A stretch of 64,000 nucleotides of DNA from Candidatus Doudnabacteria bacterium (GTDB lineage Bacteria; Patescibacteriota; Doudnabacteria; UBA920), in NCBI GenBank assembly GCA_016788665.1, contig JAEUSF010000006.1, forward strand, positions 4,401 through 68,400, in the 5' to 3' direction. Positions 35,568 through 46,106 of the stretch are shown here, one piece after another (within the stretch, counting starts at the first letter, position 1; each line of letters begins with the position of its first letter). The translations under genes and the position numbers were made by a program. Under the pieces are notes generated by a model. That model ran no database searches, was not told where the DNA came from, and saw nothing but the letters and a program-made list of their open reading frames with translations.

Positions 35568-36560
35568 TTATTTTTTTATAAAGCTAGCCTCAAAAGCCCA
35601 AGCCGTACACTTGCTTAATTGCTCTTCAGACATAATACCGTGCTTTTTCAAAAATTCTTCTTCATGCACGATATTGCTTTTATACATTTCTGGCCCGTCT
35701 GTATTTATTGTGAACTTAACTTTATTTTGCAATAAAGTTTTTACTACCAAAGCTAATTCGCCAATATTTTTTAAAACGCTATTTCTTAAATTTGAAGTCG
35801 GACAAATCTCCAAAGTTATATTATTCTTTACGATATCAGCCATAACCTTTTTGTCTTTCACGCACAAAATTCCATGGCCAATTCTGTCAGGTTTTATCTG
35901 CCTCACAACATACCTTAACTCTTCTAAACTCCCTGCCTCACCCGTATGTATGGTTACTCCCAAACCAGCCGCTCTGGCTTTTTTAAAAAGGGGAGCATGT
36001 TTTTTCATAGAAAAAGTTTTTCTCTCCGGGTCAGCTATGTCAATGCCAATAACTCCTTGAGATTTATACTTTATGGCTTTATCGAGAATTATAGAATTCT
36101 GCTCAAAAGACAAAGATCTTCCCATCATAAGAATAATCCCAGCTCTAACTTGAGGATATTCAAGCATGGCCCTTTCCGTTCCCCACAAAGCTGAATAAAT
36201 AATGTGGTCCAAATCCCGCTCTCCTCCTCTGTTTCTTTTCATGGGATTAAACCTCAGCTCATGGAGCACGATATTGCTTTTCCTATAACCTCCAGCGATC
36301 GTACCTTTTACTGACTCTTCTATCGCTTCCGGGGAAGACTGAATAAGTTCGGTCCAATGGTAAAATTGCTTATCCATTTGGTCAAGGTTTTTATTTTTTT
36401 CCTCACCAGTCATGGTTATAAGGTCCTCAAATTCCCAATAATTTTTGGTCGGTAACTTAATCCCCTGCCGGTGAGCAATCGCCCAAAGTATAGAAGGATG
36501 CACAGCCGCTCCTAAATGAGAATGAAGTTCAACATGTTGTTTGAATATTTTTTGTGGCAA
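35568..36560 (-). CDS. adenosine/AMP deaminase family protein
   Basis: HVELHSHL metal-binding HxH, THTGE and NTDGP motifs of the adenosine deaminase TIM barrel; TTG start. Confidence 0.7.
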   Translation of the reverse strand: MPQKIFKQHVELHSHLGAAVHPSILWAIAHRQGIKLPTKNYWEFEDLITMTGEEKNKNLDQMDKQFYHWTELIQSSPEAIEESVKGTIAGGYRKSNIVLHELRFNPMKRNRGGERDLDHIIYSALWGTERAMLEYPQVRAGIILMMGRSLSFEQNSIILDKAIKYKSQGVIGIDIADPERKTFSMKKHAPLFKKARAAGLGVTIHTGEAGSLEELRYVVRQIKPDRIGHGILCVKDKKVMADIVKNNITLEICPTSNLRNSVLKNIGELALVVKTLLQNKVKFTINTDGPEMYKSNIVHEEEFLKKHGIMSEEQLSKCTAWAFEASFIKK

Positions 36561-36664
36561 GTGTTTAATTAGCTGTTAATACTTAAAAGTTAGTAGGTGA
36601 TAGTTTGTAGCCGAACAAAATTTGCTAATTGCTTACTACCAGCCCCTAAGGGGCCCCTTCGGGG

Positions 36665-38389
36665 CTATCTGGTTGGGGCAACCTGATAATAGTTTAATAT
36701 AAATTTAGCAATTTCGCCAAATGCTGGGGCAGCGGTACTCTCGGCATATTGCACAGTTTTTGGCTCGTCTATTCTCACAAGCATTAAAAATTTTGGATCC
36801 TCTACAGGACCAAATCCTATAAAACTTCCAATTGTAGCATGCTCCTCATAGCCTAAACCATTTTGTTTTGAAATCTGCGCAGTGCCGGTCTTACCCGCAA
36901 TATAATACCCCGGAACTCCAGCCCTTTTACCATGACCATTCTCAACTACATTTACCATCATGGCTGTAACCGTATTGGAAGTTTGAGCAGAAATAATATC
37001 TTTTAATATGGATACTTTTGTATCCTGCCTGTTACCAAACGGATCTATTTTAGAAGCCACAATATATGGTTTAAGCATCTTACCCCCATTTGCAATAGCT
37101 GTAAAAGCCTGAATCATTTGAATGGGCGTTACAGAAATACCCTGGCCAAAACTTGCGGTAGCATAGTTAATTTTGATTTTAAACTTTAAATTATCCAAGC
37201 TACCTTTTTTTTCTGGAAGCTCTATGCCAGTCTTTTCTCCAAAACCAAAATCTTTCAAATACCGCAAAAAAATATCGTCCCCAATTTGGTCTTTTGCAAA
37301 AATAACACCTGTATTCAATGATTGCTCAAGCACCTGCGTCATAGTCTGCACACCTCGGGGTTTAGGATCCGAATTCTTTATTACCTTGTCATCTATTTTT
37401 ATCTGACCTTCGTCAACATAAGTAGTATCTGCCTTAATTTTTCCCTCATTTAAGGCAGCGGCTAAAGTAAGAGGTTTAAAAATCGAGCCCGGTTCATAAA
37501 CCCCCGTAACTGTTTCATTATTAAAAGCAGCCGGATCAACAACCTTATTAAACTGGTTAGGGTCAAAAGTAGGATACGAAGCCATAGCTAAAATTTTGCC
37601 AGTCTTAGGGTCGGCAACTATAACTGAACCGCCAGTTGCCCCATGCTTTACTACAGCATCCGCCAAAATCTCCTCGGCTTTATACTGAATATTTTTATCT
37701 ATTGTGAGAATTAAAGAATCACCATCCTTTACCGGCTCTGTCTGTCTTTTGCCTCCAAATATCCATGCCCCACTTATATCGCCCTCCTGTTTGACCACAC
37801 CCTCTTTACCAGCCAAAGCTTCTTCTTCATATCCTTCTAAACCATAAATACCTTGTCTTAAATCACCCTTATAACCAACAAATCCTAGCACGTGGGCAAG
37901 TAACTGACCTTGAGGGTAATATCTGGCACCCTCATTGTCAAAATATATTCCACTTAAATTCAAAGTTCGAATTTTTTCCTGGTCTTCTTCCGTCAACTGC
38001 TTTTTTAAAATTATATATTTTTTATCCTTATTAACAAGCTTGGGTAATAAATCCTCTTCTGGTAGTCTCAAAACTCCCGACAGGCTTGCCGCAACAAGAT
38101 TAGGATTTTGTATTTCTCCTGGAACCGTATACACCAAAGGCTTTTGAATATTGGTAGCCACCGGTAATAATTGTTGAGTTGAACGGTCAATTATACTAAT
38201 TTGCCCTCGGCTTGGCAATAACCTTAGTACCATACTTCGCTGATTTTCTGCTTTTTGCCTATTTTCGTTCCCATTAACTATTTGTAACTGAGCTAATCTA
38301 GCTATTATTGCCAGAAAGCCAAATACGAAAAAAGCAGCTAACAAACTGCTTCTTTCCAAATTTAAACTTTTATTTTTTTTACTAACCAT
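36665..38389 (-). CDS. ftsI: penicillin-binding protein 2/FtsI-type transpeptidase
   Basis: N-terminal TM, dimerisation domain, SxxK (GSIFKP), SLN and KTGT motifs; position in the dcw cluster. Confidence 0.85.
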   Translation of the reverse strand: MVSKKNKSLNLERSSLLAAFFVFGFLAIIARLAQLQIVNGNENRQKAENQRSMVLRLLPSRGQISIIDRSTQQLLPVATNIQKPLVYTVPGEIQNPNLVAASLSGVLRLPEEDLLPKLVNKDKKYIILKKQLTEEDQEKIRTLNLSGIYFDNEGARYYPQGQLLAHVLGFVGYKGDLRQGIYGLEGYEEEALAGKEGVVKQEGDISGAWIFGGKRQTEPVKDGDSLILTIDKNIQYKAEEILADAVVKHGATGGSVIVADPKTGKILAMASYPTFDPNQFNKVVDPAAFNNETVTGVYEPGSIFKPLTLAAALNEGKIKADTTYVDEGQIKIDDKVIKNSDPKPRGVQTMTQVLEQSLNTGVIFAKDQIGDDIFLRYLKDFGFGEKTGIELPEKKGSLDNLKFKIKINYATASFGQGISVTPIQMIQAFTAIANGGKMLKPYIVASKIDPFGNRQDTKVSILKDIISAQTSNTVTAMMVNVVENGHGKRAGVPGYYIAGKTGTAQISKQNGLGYEEHATIGSFIGFGPVEDPKFLMLVRIDEPKTVQYAESTAAPAFGEIAKFILNYYQVAPTR

Positions 38390-38479
38390 GAATGCGGTAC
38401 CTTACTTGGTAAATCTTAGTAAAAATTATACTAAAAAAGCCCTAAATTTAAACTTCATAATATACAAGCTCAACTGTAC

Positions 38480-38851
38480 TTATTTTAGCATAGCCGTATT
38501 TTCAGAGCCCACTTTTATATATTTAGGCGCATCAGCAGACACAAAGCCGGCATTTTCAAAGTCCTGACTAAGAACCGAAATAGCTGTAACTTCCGAAAGC
38601 TTTAAGTTCAAAAGCCTTTGCTCTTCACCTAGCTTTACTGTCTGTTTTTCCAACTGCTTTATTTCATACCCCGTAGAAGCCTGCGTATTAACACCCAGCA
38701 AGTAACTTAAAAGCAAGGCAGTGTTTACAGCAAATAATGCATAGACCAAGAAAAAATTTTTCGTTTCCCCTTCCACCGAGAATGTCTTACGAGTTAAGAA
38801 AGCATTTGAACGAACAGAAAAAATATTTGTAATAGCGTCAACTTTTAACAT
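38480..38851 (-). CDS. ftsL: cell division protein FtsL-like (single TM plus coiled coil)
   Basis: Small bitopic protein between rsmH and ftsI; assigned by position and architecture. Confidence 0.55.
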   Translation of the reverse strand: MLKVDAITNIFSVRSNAFLTRKTFSVEGETKNFFLVYALFAVNTALLLSYLLGVNTQASTGYEIKQLEKQTVKLGEEQRLLNLKLSEVTAISVLSQDFENAGFVSADAPKYIKVGSENTAMLK

Positions 38852-38863
38852 TGTTTTTTTGTT

Positions 38864-39811
38864 TTAATTTTTGACAATTGCCCTAAGTTTAGCGGGCTTA
38901 GATCGAGAGTTTTTTTCAAGTTCTGCCTCGGAAGGAATAACAGGCTTTTTGGTAAGAATTTTTGCCTGGGGATTTTGACCACATATGCACATTGGAAACT
39001 CCGGCGGACAAACACAGCCTTTACTTAGCCCATTAAAATATTGTTTAACTATCCTGTCCTCTAATGAGTGAAAACTTACTACTACAAGCCTGCCTCCAGG
39101 TCTTAAAATATTAAATGCTTTGGGCAAAAACTCTTGCAAATTTTCCAACTCATGGTTTACTGCTATTCTTAAGGCTTGAAAAATTCTTCGGGCACTGTCG
39201 TCGGCTTTATGCTTAAAAGGTTTTGGCAAAGCGTCTTTTATTACCTCATAGAGTTCCCTGGTCTGCTTCAAACTTAATTTATTTAACTTATACTGTGTAA
39301 TCTTTTTAGCTATTAGGCCAGCAAACTTTTCCTCACCAAAATCTTCAAATATTTTTCTAAGCTCCGCTTCAGTTTTCGAATGTAAATAAAAAGCGGCATC
39401 TTCGGGCTGACTCTGGTTAAAACGCATATCTAACGGCTCAGACTTCTGAAAACTAAACCCTCTACCCGATTGATCGAGCTCAAAACTCGAAAGTCCTATA
39501 TCGGCAACTATTCCTGAAATGTTTTCAAAATTATGACTTTTTACAATTTTGTCTATATGTTGGAAATTTCCATGATGCAATACAACCCTATCTGCATTAA
39601 TTTTGTAATTTTGAATTTGTAATTTGAAATTCTCAAGAGCAACCGTATCCAAATCTATACCCAAAACTTTTCCATTCGCTTCCGTATGTTTTAAAATCTC
39701 TAAACTATAACCACCTCCGCCCAAAGTAGCATCTACAAAATTTTCGTCTGAACCAGGCTTAAGGTACGAAATAACCTCTTGTAAAAGGACAGGAATATGA
39801 TCATATAACAT
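38864..39811 (-). CDS. rsmH: 16S rRNA (cytosine1402-N4)-methyltransferase RsmH (MraW)
   Basis: MLYDHIPVLL.. N-terminus, SAM-binding DATLGGGG, and other RsmH family motifs. Confidence 0.9.
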   Translation of the reverse strand: MLYDHIPVLLQEVISYLKPGSDENFVDATLGGGGYSLEILKHTEANGKVLGIDLDTVALENFKLQIQNYKINADRVVLHHGNFQHIDKIVKSHNFENISGIVADIGLSSFELDQSGRGFSFQKSEPLDMRFNQSQPEDAAFYLHSKTEAELRKIFEDFGEEKFAGLIAKKITQYKLNKLSLKQTRELYEVIKDALPKPFKHKADDSARRIFQALRIAVNHELENLQEFLPKAFNILRPGGRLVVVSFHSLEDRIVKQYFNGLSKGCVCPPEFPMCICGQNPQAKILTKKPVIPSEAELEKNSRSKPAKLRAIVKN

Positions 39812-39896
39812 TTTTTAATTAAATCTTTCTTCCCTCTAAAGGCGGATATATCTCTAGCACACGGTTCGCAAATTTTACTTAATTTTAATTTATTCC

Positions 39897-40328
39897 TTAA
39901 ACTCCCAAACTTCCAAGCTGTTCAGCGATACTATTACTTGCGGCTTCTGTTTGTTGCTTATAAGCCACCCATAGCTCTTCACTCCATATTTCTATACGAT
40001 TATACAAACCGGCCAAAACAGCCTTTTTATTTATTTTGGCAAATTCCTTTAAGTAACTTGGTAAAATAATTCTTCCTTGCTTATCTATCTCACAATCCAT
40101 TGCTCCAGCTAACATAAGACGACTAAAAGCTCTAGTATTAGCAGTAGCTATTGGTAAAGTTGAAAGCTTCTCAGCCAACTTTTTCCACTCTTCCATGGAA
40201 TACAAAAACAGAGAATTATCCAAGCCCCTGGTAACCACAACCTTGTTTTTTAATGCCGTTCTAAACTTCACGGGAATTAAGACCCTACCCTTTTCGTCTA
40301 TACTTGCCTGATATTCACCAATAAACAT
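39897..40328 (-). CDS. mraZ: transcriptional regulator MraZ
   Basis: Tandem MraZ/SpoVT-AbrB domains (MFIGEYQASIDEKGRVLIPVKFR.. and ..IDKQGRIILPSYLKEFA). Confidence 0.9.
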   Translation of the reverse strand: MFIGEYQASIDEKGRVLIPVKFRTALKNKVVVTRGLDNSLFLYSMEEWKKLAEKLSTLPIATANTRAFSRLMLAGAMDCEIDKQGRIILPSYLKEFAKINKKAVLAGLYNRIEIWSEELWVAYKQQTEAASNSIAEQLGSLGV

Positions 40329-40404
40329 ATTGTAATTAGCTTTTAAACGAAGTGCTGTGATTTTTTTATAAACAATTAGGCAAAGCCTAGTAAAAAACAG
40401 ATAT

Positions 40405-40480
40405 CCACGAGTCTACCCACTTTTTCCCACTTTCAACCACTTTTTGACATCTAAGTGAATTATATACCACCCTAAACCAC
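40405..40480 (-). promoter_or_regulatory. array of GTGG(G) direct repeats at about 10-bp spacing upstream of mraZ (candidate MraZ operator)
   Basis: Plus-strand CCAC/CCCAC at 40405, 40416, 40426, 40437, 40467 and 40477, i.e. GTGG(G) on the coding strand. Confidence 0.55.
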
Positions 40481-40636
40481 TTGGTCAAAGATATACAAAC
40501 AACAAAAAAACCCCTTTTTAAAGCGGTTTTATAGCTAACTATGTTGCAAATTACTAGCTACCTACAAACTATCCACAGCTTTTAATTCAAATGCGTAAAA
40601 TTTAGCAAAAACAATTCCAAGTTTAGCAAACAGAAA

Positions 40637-41161
40637 TTATTTCAACACATTTTTTAAATTTTGCGAAATAACGTAAGCAGCCACACCAAAAGCCACACTA
40701 ACATTTAAGCTTTCTTTTTTCCCATACATAGGAATTTCCACAATTTTGTCGCATGATTTCAAAATTTTTTTATCCACACCCCCCACCTCTTCGCCCAAAA
40801 CCAGCGCAATTGGATCTGCACACTTAAACCTATTCAATTTAGTAGACATTTTAAAACCTGGGCCCAGGTTATTTTCCAAAGCAACAACCTTTAATTTTTT
40901 ATACTTTAATCTTAAATTTTTAATGGCTTTTATTGCCGAGTTATTATATTCCCACAAAACAAACTCCTCAGCTCCCAAAGCGGTTTTATTGATTTTTATT
41001 TTGTGCTTTACGTTATCTAACGTAGGAGTATAACCTGTTAAAAATATTTTTGACACCGCAAAAGCATCGGCTGTCCTAAAAATCGCTCCCACATTAAAGA
41101 GGGAGCGAATATTATGAGCTATGACAAAGAATTCGTTTTGTTGACGCTTATAAACTTTCAC
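40637..41161 (-). CDS. SpoU/TrmH-class RNA 2'-O-methyltransferase
   Basis: SPOUT knot motifs ..ALENNLGPG.., ..LVLGEEVGGV.., ..IPMYGKKESLNVSVAFGVAAY. Confidence 0.8.
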   Translation of the reverse strand: MKVYKRQQNEFFVIAHNIRSLFNVGAIFRTADAFAVSKIFLTGYTPTLDNVKHKIKINKTALGAEEFVLWEYNNSAIKAIKNLRLKYKKLKVVALENNLGPGFKMSTKLNRFKCADPIALVLGEEVGGVDKKILKSCDKIVEIPMYGKKESLNVSVAFGVAAYVISQNLKNVLK

Positions 41162-41170
41162 AGATTCAAA

Positions 41171-41539
41171 TTAATATACCACTTCCTTTTCCAGTTCACA
41201 ATTATTTTTCACCCAATCTCGGTCAAACTCAGACAATTCTTTCCTTTGACCCTTGTATACATAGTACTCGTTTGGCTCCGAGCTGTCGCTCATACCAGGC
41301 ATTTTATTTTCGTACCAATTTTCAGGGCAAGACTTCATGGCGCCTTTATGTCTTAGTTTAAAATTTACTCCCGGCATCAAACTGTTTATTTCCTCTTCTA
41401 CACTTTGATTGTACAACGCCCAAACCAAAGACCCACCAACTAAAGCAGAAACTAATGCCACAACCACCATTGGCCAAAACGACTTAAGGCGCTTAATTTT
41501 AGATTCATTTTCTGACAAACTTGTACTTTTGTTTTCCAT
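41171..41539 (-). CDS. membrane-anchored hypothetical protein
   Basis: Single TM near the N-terminus (FWPMVVVALVSALVGGSLVWALY); no domain recognised. Confidence 0.4.
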   Translation of the reverse strand: MENKSTSLSENESKIKRLKSFWPMVVVALVSALVGGSLVWALYNQSVEEEINSLMPGVNFKLRHKGAMKSCPENWYENKMPGMSDSSEPNEYYVYKGQRKELSEFDRDWVKNNCELEKEVVY

Positions 41540-41586
41540 TTTGTTATTACCTTAAATTATATAAAAATTTAAAAATTTTCCCAATA

Positions 41587-42006
41587 TCACTCCAGCAATT
41601 TAAGATTAGTCTCCTGGTCAAGCTTTCGCTCCATTTTACCTTCAAGTTTTGTTAAAAATATTTCGCAGGTCACAGAAATCACGAGCTTAAACACATGCCC
41701 ACCTAAACACGAAAAATCTGTTCGGGAAAACATACCATGCGCATGTATAAAGGGTTTATTATCCACCAAGCAGCCATTACCCAGAAACGATACAAGTTCC
41801 AATTCCTCATAAAAAGGCTTTTTTCTATAGTCTTTTAGATGAGTGTTATAATAACCTATTTCCACCTCACTAGTTGCGCCTATGCCAGTAAACACACAAG
41901 CCGAAATACCTTCTGATTGCATAAACTTTTCTACCTCAGAAAAAACTTCTTCACCTCTACTGAAACGAAGTATATATTGGCCTCGATCTGTTACCACCAC
42001 TTTCAT
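41587..42006 (-). CDS. DUF296/PPC-domain (predicted DNA-binding) protein
   Basis: About 139-aa beta-rich ORF with GxEV..E...FM...G.....F.GIG..S.V.IG pattern recalled for PPC/DUF296. Confidence 0.5.
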   Translation of the reverse strand: MKVVVTDRGQYILRFSRGEEVFSEVEKFMQSEGISACVFTGIGATSEVEIGYYNTHLKDYRKKPFYEELELVSFLGNGCLVDNKPFIHAHGMFSRTDFSCLGGHVFKLVISVTCEIFLTKLEGKMERKLDQETNLKLLE

Positions 42007-42098
42007 ACACCAAATGAGTTAAAATAATAAGCAAATTTCCCGAATCTTCTAGCTATAATTCCTGTTGTTTTAAACTTTGATATTTAACTTAGAAGCAA

Positions 42099-42482
42099 CT
42101 AAGACAGTTTTATATCTCTGCTCAGGACGTCCCTAACCTTCTTCATAACCTCATCTATAGACTGGTCACTCTTAAGCAAATAATCTGTCGCCCCCGCTTC
42201 CAGAATTTTACTTATGGTTTCCATATCACCCATGTTTGTAAGAACTATGACCGCCACACCTTTAGTTTCTGGATTGCTTTTCAATTCCCACAAAACAGAA
42301 ATGCCGTCTAATTTGGGCATCATTATATCAAGCAATAAAAGATCCGGCTTTATTTCCTTAGCTTTTGCCACTGCATCTTCACCATCATAAGCAGGCGTTG
42401 CTTCATGACCCTGACTCTTTAAAGCGTCACACAAAGAAGCTGAAATTAACTTATCGTCTTCTGCTACCAATATTTTTGCCAT
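42099..42482 (-). CDS. single-domain response regulator (CheY-like receiver)
   Basis: ILVAEDD..., phospho-acceptor LLLLDIMMP, ..VIVLT.., K in DYLLKS. Confidence 0.9.
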   Translation of the reverse strand: MAKILVAEDDKLISASLCDALKSQGHEATPAYDGEDAVAKAKEIKPDLLLLDIMMPKLDGISVLWELKSNPETKGVAVIVLTNMGDMETISKILEAGATDYLLKSDQSIDEVMKKVRDVLSRDIKLS

Positions 42483-42573
42483 ATATTTATAAACTATTTA
42501 TTAAAATTGCTTGTAACTATTATAGTAAATATACCAAAAAAGTAAACTTTAACTCACAATACGGACAAATCCG

Positions 42574-44247
42574 TCAATTGGGCAAAGAAAAATAAAAAGT
42601 AGACCCTAGGTTCTCCCCTGGGCTTTCTACCCAGATCTGTCCACCATGGGATTCGATAATTCCTTTAGAAACCACCAGTCCAAGTCCTGTACCCTTTTTA
42701 GACCTGTCCCCACTTTTTAGTTGTTTAAACTTAGAAAATAAAACAGGCAAATCTTCCCTCGAAATCCCAATACCAGTGTCTTTTACCCCCACCACAACCC
42801 GTTTATTTGCCTCATCAACCAACAAACTTACAACTATTTCACCGCTGTCAGAATATTTTATTGCATTGCTAATAAGGTTACCCAAAACCTGCGAAACACG
42901 TATTCTGTCAAACTTGGCCTTAAGTTTTTCAGGCGAACTTAAACTTAAAGCCAAATGTTTAACTTCGGCCTGAGGCTTAAATACTTCGACCTGTTGCTTT
43001 GCCACTTCGGCCAAATCGTATTCCTGAGAATTCAATTCAAACTTACCTGCTTCAATTTTTGCGACGTCTAGCAGGTCGTTAACCAACTCCAGCATATTAT
43101 TGGAAGCAGTTTCTATTGTTACCAAAGTATCCTTAACCTTGCCCGGTTCTGAACCTGTTGCCTGGGCTAAGTTTTTAAGCATAGACTCGCTTGACCACCT
43201 AACAGCAGTTAAAGGCGCCCTCAGTTCATGTACCATCATTGCCGTAAACTCTTGCCGCAATTTTTCCAAAGACTTCTCCGTAGTAATATCATGAAAAACC
43301 ACATTAGCACCAACTTTTTCACCGATTTCGTTCTTTACTGGTGTAATATTTATTTCCAAAGCTCTATTTTTCAAAACCACATCTGGAACAAAAATGCGCT
43401 TGTCTTCAGCCAAAGCTTGATCGATTTTCGTCCTTAAATCAGTTTTACCTGCCAAAGCATCTACAATATCGAACATTGTTATGTCGCTTACTTCAGAACT
43501 CTTTGCAGGTGCAATTTCCAGAATCTCCCTCACAGAAGGATTGGCAACCAAAAGCTGGTGGCTTAAGTCTACAGATATTATACCGTCAGTTATAGAATCT
43601 ATAACTGCCTTCAGTTTACCTCTTTCACTTCTCAAAACCCCTTGTAAGCGAGTAACAGCCAAAGCAGCCTGGTTAGTAATAGTGTACAAAATGGAAGCCT
43701 CGTTTTCCCCAAAACGACCAAATTGACCAGAAGCGACATTTATAACCCCCACTAACTTCTCTCCAATAAATACAGGTAAATTAAAATACGACTTCACCCC
43801 CACCCGTACATTGTCATCCAATAAATTTCCAGTCACACTTTCATCAAAACGACTCGGCTTAACGTCTAGGTTTAAAATGCCGGAAAAAGCCATTAGAATT
43901 TTATCCTTTACTTCTTCTATAAATTCATGACTAACGCTATTTTCCACATGGCATTTAAAAACTGCTGAGTTGTCAGTTATCAACATGTAGGAAACAGTAT
44001 CGTAGGGCAGTAAATTCCCCAGACTATTGGTAATAATTTCTACCACTTTTGTCGTATCCAAAGAATACCCAATACGCTCGCTTATTTCCTTTAACACCTG
44101 AGCCTGATAAACTTTTTGCTGTAACTGCATGCTTTGACTTAGACGTGTGCGCAAATAAGCCCTTTCCCTAAGGGTACGAAAAATATACCAAGCCATAACA
44201 ATGGCAAGGACAATAAAATCTGCAACCAAAAGTATGTTTATTATCAT
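42574..44247 (-). CDS. sensor histidine kinase (TM, GAF/PAS-like sensor, HisKA, HATPase_c)
   Basis: H-box MMVHELRAPLTAV, N box LISNAIKYS, G boxes DTGIGI and GTGLGL. Confidence 0.9.
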   Translation of the reverse strand: MIINILLVADFIVLAIVMAWYIFRTLRERAYLRTRLSQSMQLQQKVYQAQVLKEISERIGYSLDTTKVVEIITNSLGNLLPYDTVSYMLITDNSAVFKCHVENSVSHEFIEEVKDKILMAFSGILNLDVKPSRFDESVTGNLLDDNVRVGVKSYFNLPVFIGEKLVGVINVASGQFGRFGENEASILYTITNQAALAVTRLQGVLRSERGKLKAVIDSITDGIISVDLSHQLLVANPSVREILEIAPAKSSEVSDITMFDIVDALAGKTDLRTKIDQALAEDKRIFVPDVVLKNRALEINITPVKNEIGEKVGANVVFHDITTEKSLEKLRQEFTAMMVHELRAPLTAVRWSSESMLKNLAQATGSEPGKVKDTLVTIETASNNMLELVNDLLDVAKIEAGKFELNSQEYDLAEVAKQQVEVFKPQAEVKHLALSLSSPEKLKAKFDRIRVSQVLGNLISNAIKYSDSGEIVVSLLVDEANKRVVVGVKDTGIGISREDLPVLFSKFKQLKSGDRSKKGTGLGLVVSKGIIESHGGQIWVESPGENLGSTFYFSLPN

Positions 44248-44259
44248 AAGCTTAAAGGC

Positions 44260-44523
44260 TTAATAAGCCATACTTGGGTACTTTTGTTTTAAAACATTTA
44301 ATGCCATTTGAGTAACATAACTAGAAAGAACGGTATATTCTTGAGCAACGCTTCTCAAAACCATAACCGGATCACCTATTATTTCCAAAACCACGCCGTC
44401 ACCAGCAATTCTAATTCCCGGAACCTTTCTCGCTGTATCCAAGGCAATATTCGGACCCAGAATCACCATTTGTTTTTGTATAAGTTCAGTTAAAAGTTTT
44501 TTATAATCTGCCTGCTCGGACAT
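44260..44523 (-). CDS. small hypothetical protein adjacent to the two-component pair
   Basis: Track start is TTG; ATG MSEQADYKK at 44523; no family recognised. Confidence 0.35.
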   Translation of the reverse strand: MSEQADYKKLLTELIQKQMVILGPNIALDTARKVPGIRIAGDGVVLEIIGDPVMVLRSVAQEYTVLSSYVTQMALNVLKQKYPSMAY

Positions 44524-44690
44524 CGAACTTTTTCTCCTTATTATCTGCTCAGGGTTTGAAAAAAAAGTTTTCAAAAATGAGCTTAAAACTATTTTTTAAT
44601 TTTTATTTCATGTCAATTTTTTTGATACTTTATTATACCACATTTTTTACGCACCTCAAAAATTAAACACCCAATCTCATTTCTTACCAT

Positions 44691-46103
44691 TTACACCTCC
44701 TTAACCCTTCCAAACCCCACACTGTCCCTAAATACCTTCCCCGCCTTAAGCACAGGGGTATAAGAAACCGTAAATTTGCCATATTTAGCATTTATAACAT
44801 CTATAGCTATCATAAGAGCGCCTTTAGATGTATGCTTTTTAAACAAAGCCTGTTGAAACACATAAGGCTTTAAATTATCCACAGTAACCCCCACTAGCTT
44901 ACAATTAGCAATAACTTTTTCTGCTTCGAGAAAATTTCTCAAAATTTTCCGGCTTTCACAAAACAAGTCCCTTGCATCAAAAATAGGTTCACCCAAAGTT
45001 ACAGAGTTGCCATAAGAGTTATACTCTCCATCTCTTACATAAGCAACCAAAACATTACCCCACAGCTTCTTCCGCCTAAGCCTTTCAGCCACCATTTCGC
45101 AAAGCTTATACAAAACCGGTTCAAAAAAATCCCGGCCCCTATACTCTTTAGGTAAGGTATACATATGACCAATGGACTTAATAGTTTGGTCATGATGAAC
45201 TTTGGACTTCCAGCTACCATCTAATTTACCCATATGGTGAAGATGATACCCGCTTATACCAAACACTCTCACAAGTCGGCTTAAAGGAAAATCTCGCAAA
45301 TCTTTTAAAGTCCTAATCCCCAACTCATTAAGCCTCTTCTCCTGCCTCCTAGCTATTCCAGGAATATCAGTAAGTTTAAGTTTTTCATATAAATCTTCTT
45401 TAGTAAAATTTAAGAATTTAGAATGACAAATGCAGAATACAGAATTTTTACAAAAACATTCTAAATTCTTAATTCTCAATTCTGCATTACTTATAATTAC
45501 CAACCCATCAGGTTTCTGCATATCACTGGCTATTTTAGCCAAAAGTTTATTGTCCGCAACCCCAATACCGCAGGTTAAATAGTCTCCCACCTCTCTTTTT
45601 ATTCTCTGCTTTATTTCCCAAGCCACCCTCACGGCCTCTTCAAATGGATTAACTGATAGATAATAATCCAACTTTGCCTTATGGAAGTATTTTAGTTGAT
45701 CATTTTTAGATTTTGTAATTTGTATTATTTTTTGAAACTTGTAATTTGGAATTTGTAATTTAATATTACAGCTTGCTGTAATGTCTACGTACGCTTCATC
45801 TATACTTGCAGGCTCAACAAAACTACTATAGTCCCTTAAAACTTTTAAAAACAATCGGTGATAATGCCTATAAGCTTCTGCCCTGGTGTGGGTTAAAATA
45901 ATTTTAGGATAAAGCTTTTTAGCCTCCCACACAGGTGTACCGGTTTTTATACCCCAACGTTTTGCCTCTATACTTGCAGCTATTATTATGCCACCTAAAT
46001 GCTCGCACACACCTAAAGGCTTGCCTCGCCACAACAAATTATCCTGTTGTTCAACCGAAGCAAAATAACTATTCATATCCAAATGAAGAATAACGGGGGT
46101 CAT
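44691..46103 (-). CDS. dinB: DNA polymerase IV (Y-family, DinB)
   Basis: ILHLDMNSYFASVEQ, catalytic SIDEAYVDIT, little-finger domain; contains an in-frame heptad-repeat-derived insertion (LQIPNYKFQKIIQITKS) at 45711-45775. Confidence 0.85.
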   Translation of the reverse strand: MTPVILHLDMNSYFASVEQQDNLLWRGKPLGVCEHLGGIIIAASIEAKRWGIKTGTPVWEAKKLYPKIILTHTRAEAYRHYHRLFLKVLRDYSSFVEPASIDEAYVDITASCNIKLQIPNYKFQKIIQITKSKNDQLKYFHKAKLDYYLSVNPFEEAVRVAWEIKQRIKREVGDYLTCGIGVADNKLLAKIASDMQKPDGLVIISNAELRIKNLECFCKNSVFCICHSKFLNFTKEDLYEKLKLTDIPGIARRQEKRLNELGIRTLKDLRDFPLSRLVRVFGISGYHLHHMGKLDGSWKSKVHHDQTIKSIGHMYTLPKEYRGRDFFEPVLYKLCEMVAERLRRKKLWGNVLVAYVRDGEYNSYGNSVTLGEPIFDARDLFCESRKILRNFLEAEKVIANCKLVGVTVDNLKPYVFQQALFKKHTSKGALMIAIDVINAKYGKFTVSYTPVLKAGKVFRDSVGFGRVKEV

Positions 46104-46106
46104 AGG

